Assembly: GCA_039698055.1 (NCBI GenBank) | Contig: JBDKTL010000007.1 | Span: 53,884 to 117,883, forward strand | Reading direction: 5' to 3' | DNA from: Methanoregula sp. | GTDB lineage: Archaea > Halobacteriota > Methanomicrobia > Methanomicrobiales > Methanospirillaceae | Length of the DNA stretch: 64,000 nt | Shown: piece by piece, positions 52,472 through 62,884 of the stretch | How the letters are laid out: every line of letters begins with the position of its first letter | Numbering within the stretch: the stretch's first letter is position 1 | The notes under the pieces: model-generated | Seen by the model: only the letters and a program-made list of their open reading frames with translations | Databases searched by the model: none | Told to the model about the DNA's origin: nothing | Position numbers and translations under genes: made by a program

Positions 52472-52612
52472 CGTTTACCGCGCTCTTTTATTGGATTTTT
52501 AAGTATAGTCTTTAATCGTTCATAATTAACCATGTGGTGCGATGCGTAATGCAGAAACAAGGAAAAAAGATCGGGACCAGACATTCATCGGTAATACCCA
52601 AATGTTCCCGGA

Positions 52613-53233
52613 TCAGTGCGACAGGAACACACCAAACAGGTAGTACGCGCCAAATAATACGAGAAAAATCCCGCATGCACCCATCACCCACCGGTACGTC
52701 CTGTCAGAAAGAACCGTCCGGCCCCGTGAAATCCCCGTTGATACAACCGTATACCACCCGAGATCCGCGCACCAGTGTCCTGCCATAAAGACCCCGGCAA
52801 GCACAAGGCCACCCTCTAAGCCGGCGATCACCATTGCACTGCCAATCGTCAGCCACCAGATCCAGAAATACGGGTTAGCCGCGCTCGTGACAAGGCCGGC
52901 AAGATACGGGTTGCCCCCAGCCGGTGCTCCCGGGTTCTGGAGCGTTGCATGCCGTAGTCCGGAGAGAGTCAGCATCCCAAACAGGATGAGCGATATTCCC
53001 CCGATAACGGCAACCGCCGTCATGTAGGGAAGGGCAATTGCGGCAAGGCCAAGGACAATCAGGAAAAAGATGACCGTTTCTGCGACCATGTGGCCGAGCA
53101 TAATTTTCGGGCCGCTTGTCCACCCACCTGAAAGGGATGAGTTGATAGTCGCCACAAGAGTCGGACCCGGTGCAAGAGCGCCGGTCAGCCCGATGATCAG
53201 GCCAAGGATGAACATCTGGAGGATATCGTACAT
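52613..53233 (-). CDS. LysE family translocator
   Basis: APGP, GH..AE and NPYFWIWW; ~6 TM segments. Confidence 0.88.
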   Translation of the reverse strand: MYDILQMFILGLIIGLTGALAPGPTLVATINSSLSGGWTSGPKIMLGHMVAETVIFFLIVLGLAAIALPYMTAVAVIGGISLILFGMLTLSGLRHATLQNPGAPAGGNPYLAGLVTSAANPYFWIWWLTIGSAMVIAGLEGGLVLAGVFMAGHWCADLGWYTVVSTGISRGRTVLSDRTYRWVMGACGIFLVLFGAYYLFGVFLSH

Positions 53234-53417
53234 TTTGTGTATTCCTTTTAAAAATCCGGGATTGCGGGATTTTTCGTATGCACGTTCGTGACTAGGTAAT
53301 TATTCTCCCCCAAACCATAAACACCAGTCATGGGTTCGTTCACACTATTTTTATGCCGGTTTTGTGTGACAGGATAATATCCTATATTTTCCTCAAGAAC
53401 ACCACATTATACGTACT

Positions 53418-54815
53418 ATGCTTGATGCACGGCAGATCACGCTCCGGTTTTTAGAGACGAAGCTGCAGGTGCATCCCGATGTGGTCCGGTATATCCAGGA
53501 ACAGGATAATCTGGATTTGGTTGACCGGATTATTGAGAACGTTCCTGATCACACCATTGTCGTTTCCGCAAAACACATTCCGGGCATGAACGTGACCCGG
53601 GACGGCATGCGATTCCTGACCGACCCGACCGTGGAGATCGTCAGCGGCAGCCCGGGGACATCCGGGTGCGTGAACGGGACGGCGGATTATCTCTACTATT
53701 TCCGGGACCGTTTCAGCCGGCTGGGGAATATGATCCGGAACCGGTGCGGGCCTATCCCTATTGAAGCGCTCACCCGTTCGCCCCGCTACCGGCAGGAGGA
53801 GTGCACGGTTATCGGGATGGTCACGGAAGTAAAAGCCACAAAAAACGACCACCGTATCGCCGAACTCGAAGACCTCTCCGCCAACATTTCAGTTCTGTTC
53901 CGCAAAGACCGCCCGATCTTTGAAGATGCTAAACGCCTTATCCCGGACGAGGTCATCGGGGTAAAAGGCAAACTCTCAAACGACGGACGGCTCTTTTTTG
54001 CCGACCAGATGTACCGCCCGGATATCCGGGTTGATAATACCCCATTTAAAAGCGAAACTCCGGGAAAAGCCGTGTTCATCTCGGACGTGCATGTAGGAAG
54101 CAATACTTTCCTTGAAGAGTGCTGGAACCGGTTTGCAGACTGGCTGGCAGACTCCGGTGCCTCATACCTCCTGATCGCCGGTGATCTGGTGGATGGGATC
54201 GGCATTTTCCCGGGACAGGAGCAGGAACTCACGATCAAGAACATCTACGAACAGTACGATGTCTTTGGCGAAATGATCAGTAAACTTCCGCACCGGATAA
54301 AGATCATCGTCTCACCGGGAAACCACGATGTGGTAAGGGGCGCCGAACCCCAGCCGGTGATCCCGGAAGCCTTCACCAAAAAGTTCCCCGAGAACTGTGT
54401 GCTGGTTGAGAACCCGGCGCTTGTGAACCTGCAGGGCGTCCGGGTCCTGATGTATCACGGGCGCTCGATCGACGACATGATCGGGCTGATACCGGGTGCT
54501 TCCTATGACCAGAGCGGCCTGATGATGCAGGAAATGCTCCAGCGCCGGCACCTTGCACCGGCGTACGGGAGAAGGACCCCTATTGCCGCAGGGAAAATCG
54601 ACCGGCTTATTATCGATCCCATTCCGGAGATCCTGCATACCGGCCACGTGCATATCCGGGGACTGACCCAGTACCGGGGGGTGCTTGGGATCAATGCCGG
54701 TACCTGGCAGTCCCAGACCGCTTTCCAGAAGCAGATGAACGTCAATCCGACTCCTGCACAAGCGGTGATGGTCGATCTCCAGACGCTCGTGCCGGAAACG
54801 TTTACGTTTCTTTAA
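53418..54815 (+). CDS. polB: DNA polymerase D small (exonuclease) subunit DP1
   Basis: OB fold; SDVHVGS, AGDLVDG, PGNHD, YHG, RRHLAP, GHVH and WQSQT phosphoesterase motifs. Confidence 0.95.
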   Translation: MLDARQITLRFLETKLQVHPDVVRYIQEQDNLDLVDRIIENVPDHTIVVSAKHIPGMNVTRDGMRFLTDPTVEIVSGSPGTSGCVNGTADYLYYFRDRFSRLGNMIRNRCGPIPIEALTRSPRYRQEECTVIGMVTEVKATKNDHRIAELEDLSANISVLFRKDRPIFEDAKRLIPDEVIGVKGKLSNDGRLFFADQMYRPDIRVDNTPFKSETPGKAVFISDVHVGSNTFLEECWNRFADWLADSGASYLLIAGDLVDGIGIFPGQEQELTIKNIYEQYDVFGEMISKLPHRIKIIVSPGNHDVVRGAEPQPVIPEAFTKKFPENCVLVENPALVNLQGVRVLMYHGRSIDDMIGLIPGASYDQSGLMMQEMLQRRHLAPAYGRRTPIAAGKIDRLIIDPIPEILHTGHVHIRGLTQYRGVLGINAGTWQSQTAFQKQMNVNPTPAQAVMVDLQTLVPETFTFL

Positions 54816-54831
54816 AAAAAAGATTTGAATT

Positions 54832-55233
54832 TTATTCGTTTGCCGGCTGTGCTGCATCAGGTGCCGCAGGGGCTGGTTCCCTTTTCTTTGGCCCTGCAAC
54901 CGTCACCTTATAGACACCACCGCGTACCGTCAGTGCCTGCGGGTAGGCCGGATCCATGCTGAGGCATTTTGTCGGGCAGATATCGCCGCACGCGTTGCAG
55001 ATCACGCACCGCATCCTGTCGATCTGCCATGTCTTTTCCTTGACATCCACACATATTGCCCCGGTCGGGCACTTGCGCTGGCAGGAACGGCAGGTGATAC
55101 ATCGTTCCGGGTCGATCACGATATGCCCCCGGGTCGCCGGCGTCCGTTTTGCCGGACGGACCGGATACATCAGGGTTGCCGGCGTGGAGAACACACTTTT
55201 TATGACCGTTACCGCCATCTTAAGAATTGCCAT
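54832..55233 (-). CDS. echF: Ech hydrogenase subunit F (2x4Fe-4S)
   Basis: PATLMYP, CITCRSCQRKCP and CVICNACGDICP; start MAILK. Confidence 0.92.
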   Translation of the reverse strand: MAILKMAVTVIKSVFSTPATLMYPVRPAKRTPATRGHIVIDPERCITCRSCQRKCPTGAICVDVKEKTWQIDRMRCVICNACGDICPTKCLSMDPAYPQALTVRGGVYKVTVAGPKKREPAPAAPDAAQPANE

Positions 55234-55240
55234 GTGCACA

Positions 55241-56320
55241 TCACCTCTCCGTGCAGCTGATACAGGGGTCAATGGACAATACAATAATGGGGACATCGGC
55301 AAGCTGGCAACCGGCGAGCATTTTCACCAGTGGTGGAATGTTGGTAAACGTCGGTGTCCGAACCCGTGAACGCACAAGGTTCTTCTTCCCGTTACCCTTG
55401 ACATAATGGACTACTTCTCCCCGGGGCTGCTCGGCCCGCGAGAAGTACTCGCCGTTGGGAGCACCCGTGAATTTGACCTCGATGGGACCTTCAGGGATCT
55501 TCTTTGCTGCCTGCTCGATGAGATCAATAGAGGTGAAGAGCTCCTGGATCCTCACGTCACAGCGGGAATAACAGTCGCCTCCATAAGCCACCGCGGGTTT
55601 GAAATTGAGTTTGCCATATGCCGCATATCCGGTTTCCCGAGCGTCAATAGCGACCCCGCTTCCTCTCAGGGTTGGTCCGACAGCACCGAGATCATAGGCA
55701 TCTGCCTTTGAAAGCACCCCCACGTTCTTCAACCGGTGTTTGACTGAACTGTCCTCAAGGAAAACGCTGGTAATGTTACGCAGGTCTTTTTTGATATCCT
55801 GGATGCGGGTTATCATCCCCTCCAGTTGTTCGCCGGAAATATCTTTCCTGACACCTCCGACCTTGCAGGCGCTCTGGATTACCCGGCCACCGGTGGTCGC
55901 TTCCAGCTCGTCGAGGATATGCTCACGGATCCTCCACGAGTTCATGAAGAGGTTCTCAAATCCCATGCCATCGGCAAAACACCCAAGCCAGAGCAGGTGG
56001 GAATGAAGTCGTGAATATTCAGACCAGATCGTCCGCAGGTAATGCGCCCGTTCCGGTACCTCGATTCCCATGATCTGCTCAACACCCTGCACATACGTAA
56101 GGCTGTGGATAAAACTGCAGATACCGCAGATGCGTTCGGCAATGAAAGTATATTCAGTAAATTCCCGTTTTTCAACGAGTTTTTCAAGACCACGGTGCAC
56201 GTAGCCGATTGAGGGGAGTGCCTCGACAACCGTCTCATCTTCAAGCACGAGATCAAGGTGGATCGGTTCCGGAAGCACCGGGTGCTGGGGGCCAAACGGG
56301 ACAATTATTTGTTTTGACAT
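55241..56320 (-). CDS. echE: Ech hydrogenase large [NiFe] subunit E
   Basis: GPQHP, ERICGICS and terminal DPCISCTER with no C-terminal extension. Confidence 0.96.
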   Translation of the reverse strand: MSKQIIVPFGPQHPVLPEPIHLDLVLEDETVVEALPSIGYVHRGLEKLVEKREFTEYTFIAERICGICSFIHSLTYVQGVEQIMGIEVPERAHYLRTIWSEYSRLHSHLLWLGCFADGMGFENLFMNSWRIREHILDELEATTGGRVIQSACKVGGVRKDISGEQLEGMITRIQDIKKDLRNITSVFLEDSSVKHRLKNVGVLSKADAYDLGAVGPTLRGSGVAIDARETGYAAYGKLNFKPAVAYGGDCYSRCDVRIQELFTSIDLIEQAAKKIPEGPIEVKFTGAPNGEYFSRAEQPRGEVVHYVKGNGKKNLVRSRVRTPTFTNIPPLVKMLAGCQLADVPIIVLSIDPCISCTER

Positions 56321-56685
56321 GGGTTGTCCTCCTTGAATGTCGGGACCGAGAACGGGTACTTGACCATTGTCGTGTACAGCGTTCCTTTGAAATCGATATT
56401 CATCCCTTCAACCGTGATCCCGAACAGGTCATGGATTTCATTTTCATAGATGAATGCACCCCAGTAGACGCCGCTGATGCTGGGCACAACGGTATCCTGT
56501 TTGACCACTATCCGCAGGTTCTGGAATTTGTAGTCTTTATCAAAGGAATAATTGATCTCGTAGCCTTCTTCAATACCCGTGCACCCGATCTGGACCAGCC
56601 GGTTTCCTTCATTTTTCATCATCTGGACCCGGGAAACAAGCTCGGTTATTTCGATGGGGATGGTAGTCTGCTCCTCGATTGTCAC
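56305..56685 (-). CDS. echD: Ech hydrogenase subunit D
   Basis: RLVQI, YSF and PSIS...AFIYENEIHDLFG (NuoC-like). Confidence 0.92.
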   Translation of the reverse strand: MTIEEQTTIPIEITELVSRVQMMKNEGNRLVQIGCTGIEEGYEINYSFDKDYKFQNLRIVVKQDTVVPSISGVYWGAFIYENEIHDLFGITVEGMNIDFKGTLYTTMVKYPFSVPTFKEDNPCQNK

Positions 56686-57158
56686 TGTGCCTCACCTCCT
56701 TTGGAAACTTCTGCCGGTTGTTCTGCCACGACCGATGACCGTCCCAACCGTTTTTCTTCAAGAATGCCAAGGGCCGTTACAATGCCATCGATGATTGATT
56801 CGGGGCGTGCTGCACACCCGGGGACATACACATCGACCGGTATTACTTTGTCAATCCCGCCCATCACGTTATAGCATTCGCGGAATACGCCCCCTGAACA
56901 TGCGCAGATACCGACAGCAACCACAACCTTGGGGTTGGGCATCTGTTCATAGAGGTTCCGGACTACCTCCCTGTTCTGCTCGTTTACCGAGCCGGTGATA
57001 ACAAAGATATCTGCGTGTTTTGGGTTGCCGGTATTGAGGATCCCAAACCGCTCGACATCGTACATCGGCGTCAGGCTGGCAAGCACTTCAATATCACAAC
57101 CATTGCAGCTCGTCGCATCGTAGTGAAGGATCCATGGAGATTTTGAAAGATAGGTCAT
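56682..57158 (-). CDS. echC: Ech hydrogenase small subunit C
   Basis: SCNGCDIE, GICACSGG and YVPGCAARPE; start MTYLSK. Confidence 0.94.
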   Translation of the reverse strand: MTYLSKSPWILHYDATSCNGCDIEVLASLTPMYDVERFGILNTGNPKHADIFVITGSVNEQNREVVRNLYEQMPNPKVVVAVGICACSGGVFRECYNVMGGIDKVIPVDVYVPGCAARPESIIDGIVTALGILEEKRLGRSSVVAEQPAEVSKGGEAQ

Positions 57159-57159
57159 G

Positions 57160-58017
57160 TTACACCACCCCCAGGTAATAGAGGGCAGCAAGATTTACGA
57201 TACCCATGATTGCGGCAATAATCCACGAAGTCTTCATGACTAACTGCCACTTCACCCGTGCGCTCGCATTGTCGATGAGCAGTTCAAGCAGGTAGACGAG
57301 GATGACAGCGACAACACCAATCAACGGGTTGAACGCGAAGAACAGGTACACAAACCCGAGCAGGAACACCACTTCGTACCAGTGAGTGACCTCGATAAGC
57401 CCCAGTGTCGGACCCGAAAATTCCGTTGTCACGCCTTTGACAATCTCCTGGTGGGCATGGTGGGACGTCGAAATATCAAACGGTGATTTGCGGAGTTTGA
57501 TCGTCAGGATGTAAATGAACCCGGCGAAAATGCCCGGTATGAACAGGACGAGGGGCTGGGTAAATCCGGCAATTGTCCCCACGGAGAAACTTTTTGTGAC
57601 AACATACATGCCCGCTGCGGCAATAATGACCATCGGTTCATACGCCATGATCTGGATCAGTTCCCGTTCTGCGCCGATGTGGCTATAGGGAGAGTTTGCC
57701 GAGTACGCACCAAGGACAAGGAATACCTGCGCCAAAGTGAGGGCGAAGATCACAAGCAGGATATCCCCACCGGCAAAGAAGAGCGCCCCGGTAAAGATCA
57801 TGAAGACAAAGTAGCTGATCACGTAGAAGATCTGCGTTTCATTTGCCACGGTCCGTTCTTTCTCAAAGAGTTTTCCCACATCGTAGAATGGCTGGAGTAC
57901 TGGCGGCCCGACCCTGCCCTGCATGTGAGCGGAGATCTTCCGGTCAATACCGGCAACAAGCCCACCGATAACCGGTGCAAGCAGAATAAATACGGCCGCG
58001 TTGACAAGAGATATCAC
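57160..58017 (-). CDS. echB: Ech hydrogenase membrane subunit B
   Basis: DRKISAHMQGRVGPP.LQPFYD and KSPFD..HHAHQE (NuoH-like). Confidence 0.94.
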   Translation of the reverse strand: MISLVNAAVFILLAPVIGGLVAGIDRKISAHMQGRVGPPVLQPFYDVGKLFEKERTVANETQIFYVISYFVFMIFTGALFFAGGDILLVIFALTLAQVFLVLGAYSANSPYSHIGAERELIQIMAYEPMVIIAAAGMYVVTKSFSVGTIAGFTQPLVLFIPGIFAGFIYILTIKLRKSPFDISTSHHAHQEIVKGVTTEFSGPTLGLIEVTHWYEVVFLLGFVYLFFAFNPLIGVVAVILVYLLELLIDNASARVKWQLVMKTSWIIAAIMGIVNLAALYYLGVV

Positions 58018-59918
58018 AGGATCACCCCTGTAAATGTCCCCGCCACAAACATGACTGCGATGAGTCCGGTACAGACATACACACCTAAGGTCTGGAGTTT
58101 GACCTCCCCAAACCAGGATGTAAGGTAATAGTTGGAGAGTTTTGAATCACGTTTCAGGCCGATCGCTCCTGAATAAGACTGGTCCGCATTGGTGGTCATT
58201 CCGCACATGTAGGGTGACAGCTGCTTATGCTTCCGCTGGGGCAGGAGGATGCTCAAGGGGAGGATAACGATCAAAAAGAGCATCATCACCATGATGGTGA
58301 TATTGTCCTGTGAAAGGCGTGTCACCGAGCCGTAATTAGCAAGCAGGAACGGTTCGATCAGTTTTACCGAGATCAACGGGAAGATGAAACAGGTAACAAC
58401 TGTCAGGCCTGCGAGCGAGATCAGCGCTGTCCAGATAGTGGCATCAATATTCTTCTCGAGGTCTTCCTGAGGCCGGGTGACGGCAATCAGCCGGCCCATC
58501 CACTTTGCCCAGAAGAAGAGGGTGAGTGCACTGCCAAACGCGAGAATAATGACAAAGACAAACCCGAATGGTGCGTCGATGAATGCCTGGATGGCTGCCC
58601 ATTTGGAGATCAGCATACCAAACGGGGCAAGGAACATGCCGGCAATACCGATAACGATCATCGCAGCAACCTTTGGCATGCGGACGATAAGCCCGTTCAT
58701 GTCCTCGATATCGCGGCTCTTGATCTTGTGCTCCACAGTACCCACTGCGAGGAAGAGGAGTGACTTTGAAATCGCATGGAAGATGATCAGCAGGATTGCT
58801 GCCCAGATCGCTTCATAGGTTCCGATACCCGCACAGGCAACGACAAGACCGAGGTTTGCAATCGTGGAATATGCGAGCACTTTTTTCGCGTTGCTTTGCG
58901 AAATGGCAATCCCCGATGCAATGAGGAAGGTGAGTGCGCCAACCATCGCCAGCAGGTAACCGGTTAAGGTCATGGCAAAGACCGGTGCAAGGCGGACGAG
59001 GATATAGACACCCGCCTTGACCATGGTGCTTGAATGAAGGAGTGCAGATACAGGTGTCGGTGCCACCATCGCCCCGACCAGCCATGAGGAAAACGGCATC
59101 TGTGCAGATTTTGTCAGTCCCGCAAAGCCGATCAGGGTCGCCGGGATAAGGACGAGTGCCTGCCCGGATGCAAGTACCTGGTCAAGTCCCAGTACCCCGC
59201 CGGCCTGTGATGCAAGGTAAACAAGTGCAATGGCAAACGCGATGCCGCCCAGCAGGTTCATCCAGAGTGCGGTGAACGCGTTTTTTGTTGCCTCCTGGGT
59301 CTTTGTGTACCCGATCAGGAGGAACGAACACAGGGTCGTGACTTCCCAGAAAAAGTACACCCAGAGCAGGTTGTTTGAAAATACCAGCCCAAACATCGCG
59401 GAGATGAATACAAACATGACGAAAAAAAAGATATTGCGATTATCTTTCATCTCCTTGTGATGTGCATGGAAATCTTTCATGTACCCGAGGGAATACACGC
59501 AGATCAGGCACCCGATAATGCCGATGATGAGTGCCATGATGATCGAGAGCGGGTCGATAAAAAGGGGAAATGTCACATCCGCCGCATGGGCATATGCAGT
59601 TTCAAACCAGACCATCACTGCAGACTGCACAAGTATCAGCGCAACAACAAGGTAATTCCGGTATTTTATCCCCAGGTACAGGATAAAGACTGCAATCACA
59701 ATCTCGATACAGAACATGAGAAGGCTTACAGGCTCTGCGGCGAGAGAATAATAGATTGTCCCCTTGTCGAACAGGCTTACCAGGAGCAAAACCGTAACCG
59801 CACCTATACCCAGTGCGGACAGTTTTACGATCCAGTTGCGCTCCAGATCACTTCGCACAAGAAGCATGAAAAGTGCGCAGATGAGTGGAAACAATATGAG
59901 AAATAGTAAAAGCTGCAC
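58014..59918 (-). CDS. echA: Ech hydrogenase antiporter-like subunit A
   Basis: FWE, KSAQMPFSSWL.GAMVAPTPVSALLHSSTMVKAG (NuoL/MrpA-like); GTG start. Confidence 0.94.
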   Translation of the reverse strand: MQLLLFLILFPLICALFMLLVRSDLERNWIVKLSALGIGAVTVLLLVSLFDKGTIYYSLAAEPVSLLMFCIEIVIAVFILYLGIKYRNYLVVALILVQSAVMVWFETAYAHAADVTFPLFIDPLSIIMALIIGIIGCLICVYSLGYMKDFHAHHKEMKDNRNIFFFVMFVFISAMFGLVFSNNLLWVYFFWEVTTLCSFLLIGYTKTQEATKNAFTALWMNLLGGIAFAIALVYLASQAGGVLGLDQVLASGQALVLIPATLIGFAGLTKSAQMPFSSWLVGAMVAPTPVSALLHSSTMVKAGVYILVRLAPVFAMTLTGYLLAMVGALTFLIASGIAISQSNAKKVLAYSTIANLGLVVACAGIGTYEAIWAAILLIIFHAISKSLLFLAVGTVEHKIKSRDIEDMNGLIVRMPKVAAMIVIGIAGMFLAPFGMLISKWAAIQAFIDAPFGFVFVIILAFGSALTLFFWAKWMGRLIAVTRPQEDLEKNIDATIWTALISLAGLTVVTCFIFPLISVKLIEPFLLANYGSVTRLSQDNITIMVMMLFLIVILPLSILLPQRKHKQLSPYMCGMTTNADQSYSGAIGLKRDSKLSNYYLTSWFGEVKLQTLGVYVCTGLIAVMFVAGTFTGVIL

Positions 59919-60106
59919 TCGCTATCCTCCCTTTTTAGGGAATATGCGTATTTTTCATTATTAACCATATTGAATTGCACACGGATCTTCATTTCCCAAC
60001 TATCTTTTACCGGAGAGACTATCGCAATTCGCTGCAGGAATTTCCTGTTATGGTACTATTATCCCCTTAAAGGACTCTTTTTGCAGGCATCCGGTCATGC
60101 TAAATG

Positions 60107-60345
60107 TTTAATGGTTAAAAAATGCACTAATAATCTCTAGGGATGAGTTATGGACACGTGCGGGCAGTCATGCCCCGGAACCATGTGCGCCTCCCTGTGG
60201 GTCATATAAGCAGCACGCTGCTGACATGCCAATTGTTATACCTGATATGTCTGCTGTGGAACCCGTTTCAGCAGTACTGTTCGTGCGATCATAACGCACA
60301 AGGGACTGTATTTCGGATCCAAACAACATAGCAGGAGGTCTAGGA
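60107..60345 (+). promoter_or_regulatory. Putative promoter and long structured 5' leader of hppA
   Basis: TTTAAT at 60107, several GC-rich stems over 60138-60299, SD AGGAGG at 60333-60338. Confidence 0.5.
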
Positions 60346-62388
60346 ATGATTGAACTCGCAATAGTAGTTGTTGTAAGCGTTATCGCACTTATCCTCGCGG
60401 CAATTCTCGCCCGGAGTGTCCTCTCACAGGATGAAGGAACCCCAAAGATGCGCGAGGTTGCAGATGCCATTCGTGTGGGTGCGGAAGCATTCATCAAGCG
60501 ACAGTATTCGACCATCGCGATCCTGGCACTGGTGCTTGCCGTGGTAATCTTTGCTGTATACTTCTTTACCGGACAGCAGGGCCTTGCCATAGATACGGCA
60601 TTAGCGTACCTTGTCGGTGCGTTCTGTAGCGCCCTTGCCGGTGTGATTGGTATGTCAGTTGCCGTCCGCGCTAATGTCCGCACGGCAGCAGCTGCTCAGA
60701 CAAGCGCCGCAAAAGCACTGGACGTTTCGTTCCGTGGCGGCGCAGTCTCTGGCCTGATCATCACGGCTATGTCGCTCCTTGGGGTCTCGCTCACCTATTA
60801 TGCACTTGGCGCAGACCCGCATGTCACCCCGTTCATTATCGTCGGATTTGGTTTTGGTGCATCGTTTGTTGCACTCTTTGCCCAGCTGGGTGGCGGGATC
60901 TACACAAAGGCTGCAGATGTCGGTGCAGACCTTGTGGGTAAAGTCGAGGCAGGCATCCCCGAAGACGATGTCCGCAACCCGGCAACCATCGCTGACCTTG
61001 TTGGAGACAACGTCGGTGACTGTGCCGGTCGTGGCGCTGACCTGTTCGAATCGACCGCCGCAGAGAACATCGGGGCAATGATCCTCGGTGTTGCGATGTT
61101 CCCGGTCTTTGGTGTCAACGGTATCCTGTTCCCGCTCGTGATGTGTGCGTTCGGACTTCTCGCCAGCATGATTGGTATCCTGTCGGTTCGTGGAAAGGAA
61201 AATGCAGACCCGATGGACGCGCTGAACCGGGGATATTATATCACCGCGATCATTGCCGCTGTCCTCTTCTATATCGGCACGATGTGGCTGCTTGGCAATG
61301 TCTGGTTCTTCTACGCAGGACTCGTCGGTATCGTATTATCGGTGCTTTTCCTGCGGGTGACGATGTATTATACCGATCACCACTACCGCCCCGTGCAGGA
61401 AATCGCCAATGCTTCTGAAACAGGACCGGCAACAAACGTTATCACCGGTTTCTCGGTCGCCCTTGAAACCACTGCAATCCCGGCAATCCTGATCGGCATT
61501 TCCCTGCTTGTCTCGTACTGGTTTGGCACGATGAGCGGTGTCGCATTCGGCGGCCTCTATGGTACTGCCGCGGCAACTATCGGAATGCTCATGGTCTGTG
61601 CTTACGTCCTTGCGATGGATTCCTTTGGCCCCATCGCGGATAATGCCGGTGGGATCGTTGAGATGAGCCAGGCACCAGAATCAGTCCGCAAGAGGATGGA
61701 CGCCCTCGATTCGGCCGGCAACACCACAAAAGCGCTCACCAAGGGATATGCAATCGGCAGCGCCGCTCTCGCCGTCTTCCTGCTCTTCAATGCCTACATG
61801 AACGATATTTCACGGCTTATCGGCAAGACATTTGACGTTGTAAACATTGCAACGATACCGGTCTTTGTCGGTGCCTTGCTCGGCGCTATGCTGATCTTCC
61901 TGTTTGCAGGATTTGCTATCCGGGCAGTTTCCAAGACCGCTCAGTATGTTATTGAAGAAGTCCGCATCCAGTTCAAGGACCCGGCAATTATGGCGGGCAC
62001 CAAGAAACCTGATTACGCCCGCGTGATCGACATTACGACCCTTGGCGCACTTAAAAACATGGTCGTTCCCGGTGTTCTCGCAGTTGCGTTCCCGATCTTC
62101 ATTGGTGTAACCATGAAGTATGAGGCGCTCGCGGGATTCCTCCTTGTCGGGACCATTACCGGTATCCTGCTTGCCCTCATCTTAAACAACGGTGGCGGGG
62201 CATGGGATAATGCAAAGAAATACATCGAATCCGGTGCACACGGCGGTAAGGGGAGCGAAGCCCACAAGGCAGCCGTTATCGGCGACACGCTCGGCGATCC
62301 ATTCAAGGATACTGCAGGCCCGTCACTGCACGTGCTCATCAAGCTGCTGGCCACGCTTTCGCTTGTGCTCGCACCGCTGTTTATCTAA
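60346..62388 (+). CDS. hppA: Membrane-bound pyrophosphatase, predicted K+-independent H+-PPase
   Basis: GGGIYTKAADVGADLVGKVE, DNVGD, DNAGG and DPFKDT; GNTTK carries the Lys diagnostic of K+-independent enzymes. Confidence 0.95.
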   Translation: MIELAIVVVVSVIALILAAILARSVLSQDEGTPKMREVADAIRVGAEAFIKRQYSTIAILALVLAVVIFAVYFFTGQQGLAIDTALAYLVGAFCSALAGVIGMSVAVRANVRTAAAAQTSAAKALDVSFRGGAVSGLIITAMSLLGVSLTYYALGADPHVTPFIIVGFGFGASFVALFAQLGGGIYTKAADVGADLVGKVEAGIPEDDVRNPATIADLVGDNVGDCAGRGADLFESTAAENIGAMILGVAMFPVFGVNGILFPLVMCAFGLLASMIGILSVRGKENADPMDALNRGYYITAIIAAVLFYIGTMWLLGNVWFFYAGLVGIVLSVLFLRVTMYYTDHHYRPVQEIANASETGPATNVITGFSVALETTAIPAILIGISLLVSYWFGTMSGVAFGGLYGTAAATIGMLMVCAYVLAMDSFGPIADNAGGIVEMSQAPESVRKRMDALDSAGNTTKALTKGYAIGSAALAVFLLFNAYMNDISRLIGKTFDVVNIATIPVFVGALLGAMLIFLFAGFAIRAVSKTAQYVIEEVRIQFKDPAIMAGTKKPDYARVIDITTLGALKNMVVPGVLAVAFPIFIGVTMKYEALAGFLLVGTITGILLALILNNGGGAWDNAKKYIESGAHGGKGSEAHKAAVIGDTLGDPFKDTAGPSLHVLIKLLATLSLVLAPLFI

Positions 62389-62612
62389 AACAATTACATC
62401 ATCTCTTTCTTTTTTTACTGCCGTTTAACACCAGTCTGCATGGTTAAGGACAGGATGCGGACAGATGTAATAATCTGATAAATGAAGGAGACTATGTCAA
62501 TAAATCCAAAGAAAATATCCTGATCCCGTAAAAAAAATTGTGGATAAAAGTTGGAAATCCGGGATTATATACGGTTCGAATCAAAACCGACGTTTAATTG
62601 TAAGAACATGCC

Positions 62613-62795
62613 TCAGCACGATGATCCTAAGTCAATATTCATATCACATGCAAGCCGGGTATATCTCTTCGGGTTTTCATCGAATTGTTTTTTACAATAG
62701 TTGCAGCAGAAGTAGTAGTCGTGGTCCTGGTACGTGCTTTTAAACCGGGCAGTTTCCTCATCAACTATCGCAAAACAGACGGTATCGGTAGCCAT
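62613..62795 (-). CDS. YHS domain protein
   Basis: D.VC..IV...Y....YYFCC..CK..F..NP..Y pattern. Confidence 0.85.
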   Translation of the reverse strand: MATDTVCFAIVDEETARFKSTYQDHDYYFCCNYCKKQFDENPKRYTRLACDMNIDLGSSC

Positions 62796-62884
62796 TATTA
62801 AAAACTTCCATTCTCTTTTATTGACCTCGCATGTGCGGTCTCATATATCTTGTTACCGGTACATTAAAAAAAGTCAGGGACCGG

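Noticed and set aside
53418-54815. DP1 without DP2 as an anomaly
   Set aside because: The two PolD subunit genes are commonly unlinked in methanogens.
60143-60331. 62-aa ORF upstream of hppA as a leader peptide
   Set aside because: It has no homology or compositional signal. A leaderless uORF cannot be fully excluded, but RNA structure explains the region better.
62486-62547. AGGAG + 9-codon ORF (MSINPKKIS) with loose similarity to 13149-13218 (GTAAAAAAA..TG.TGGATAA)
   Set aside because: It is too short and A-rich to distinguish from chance.
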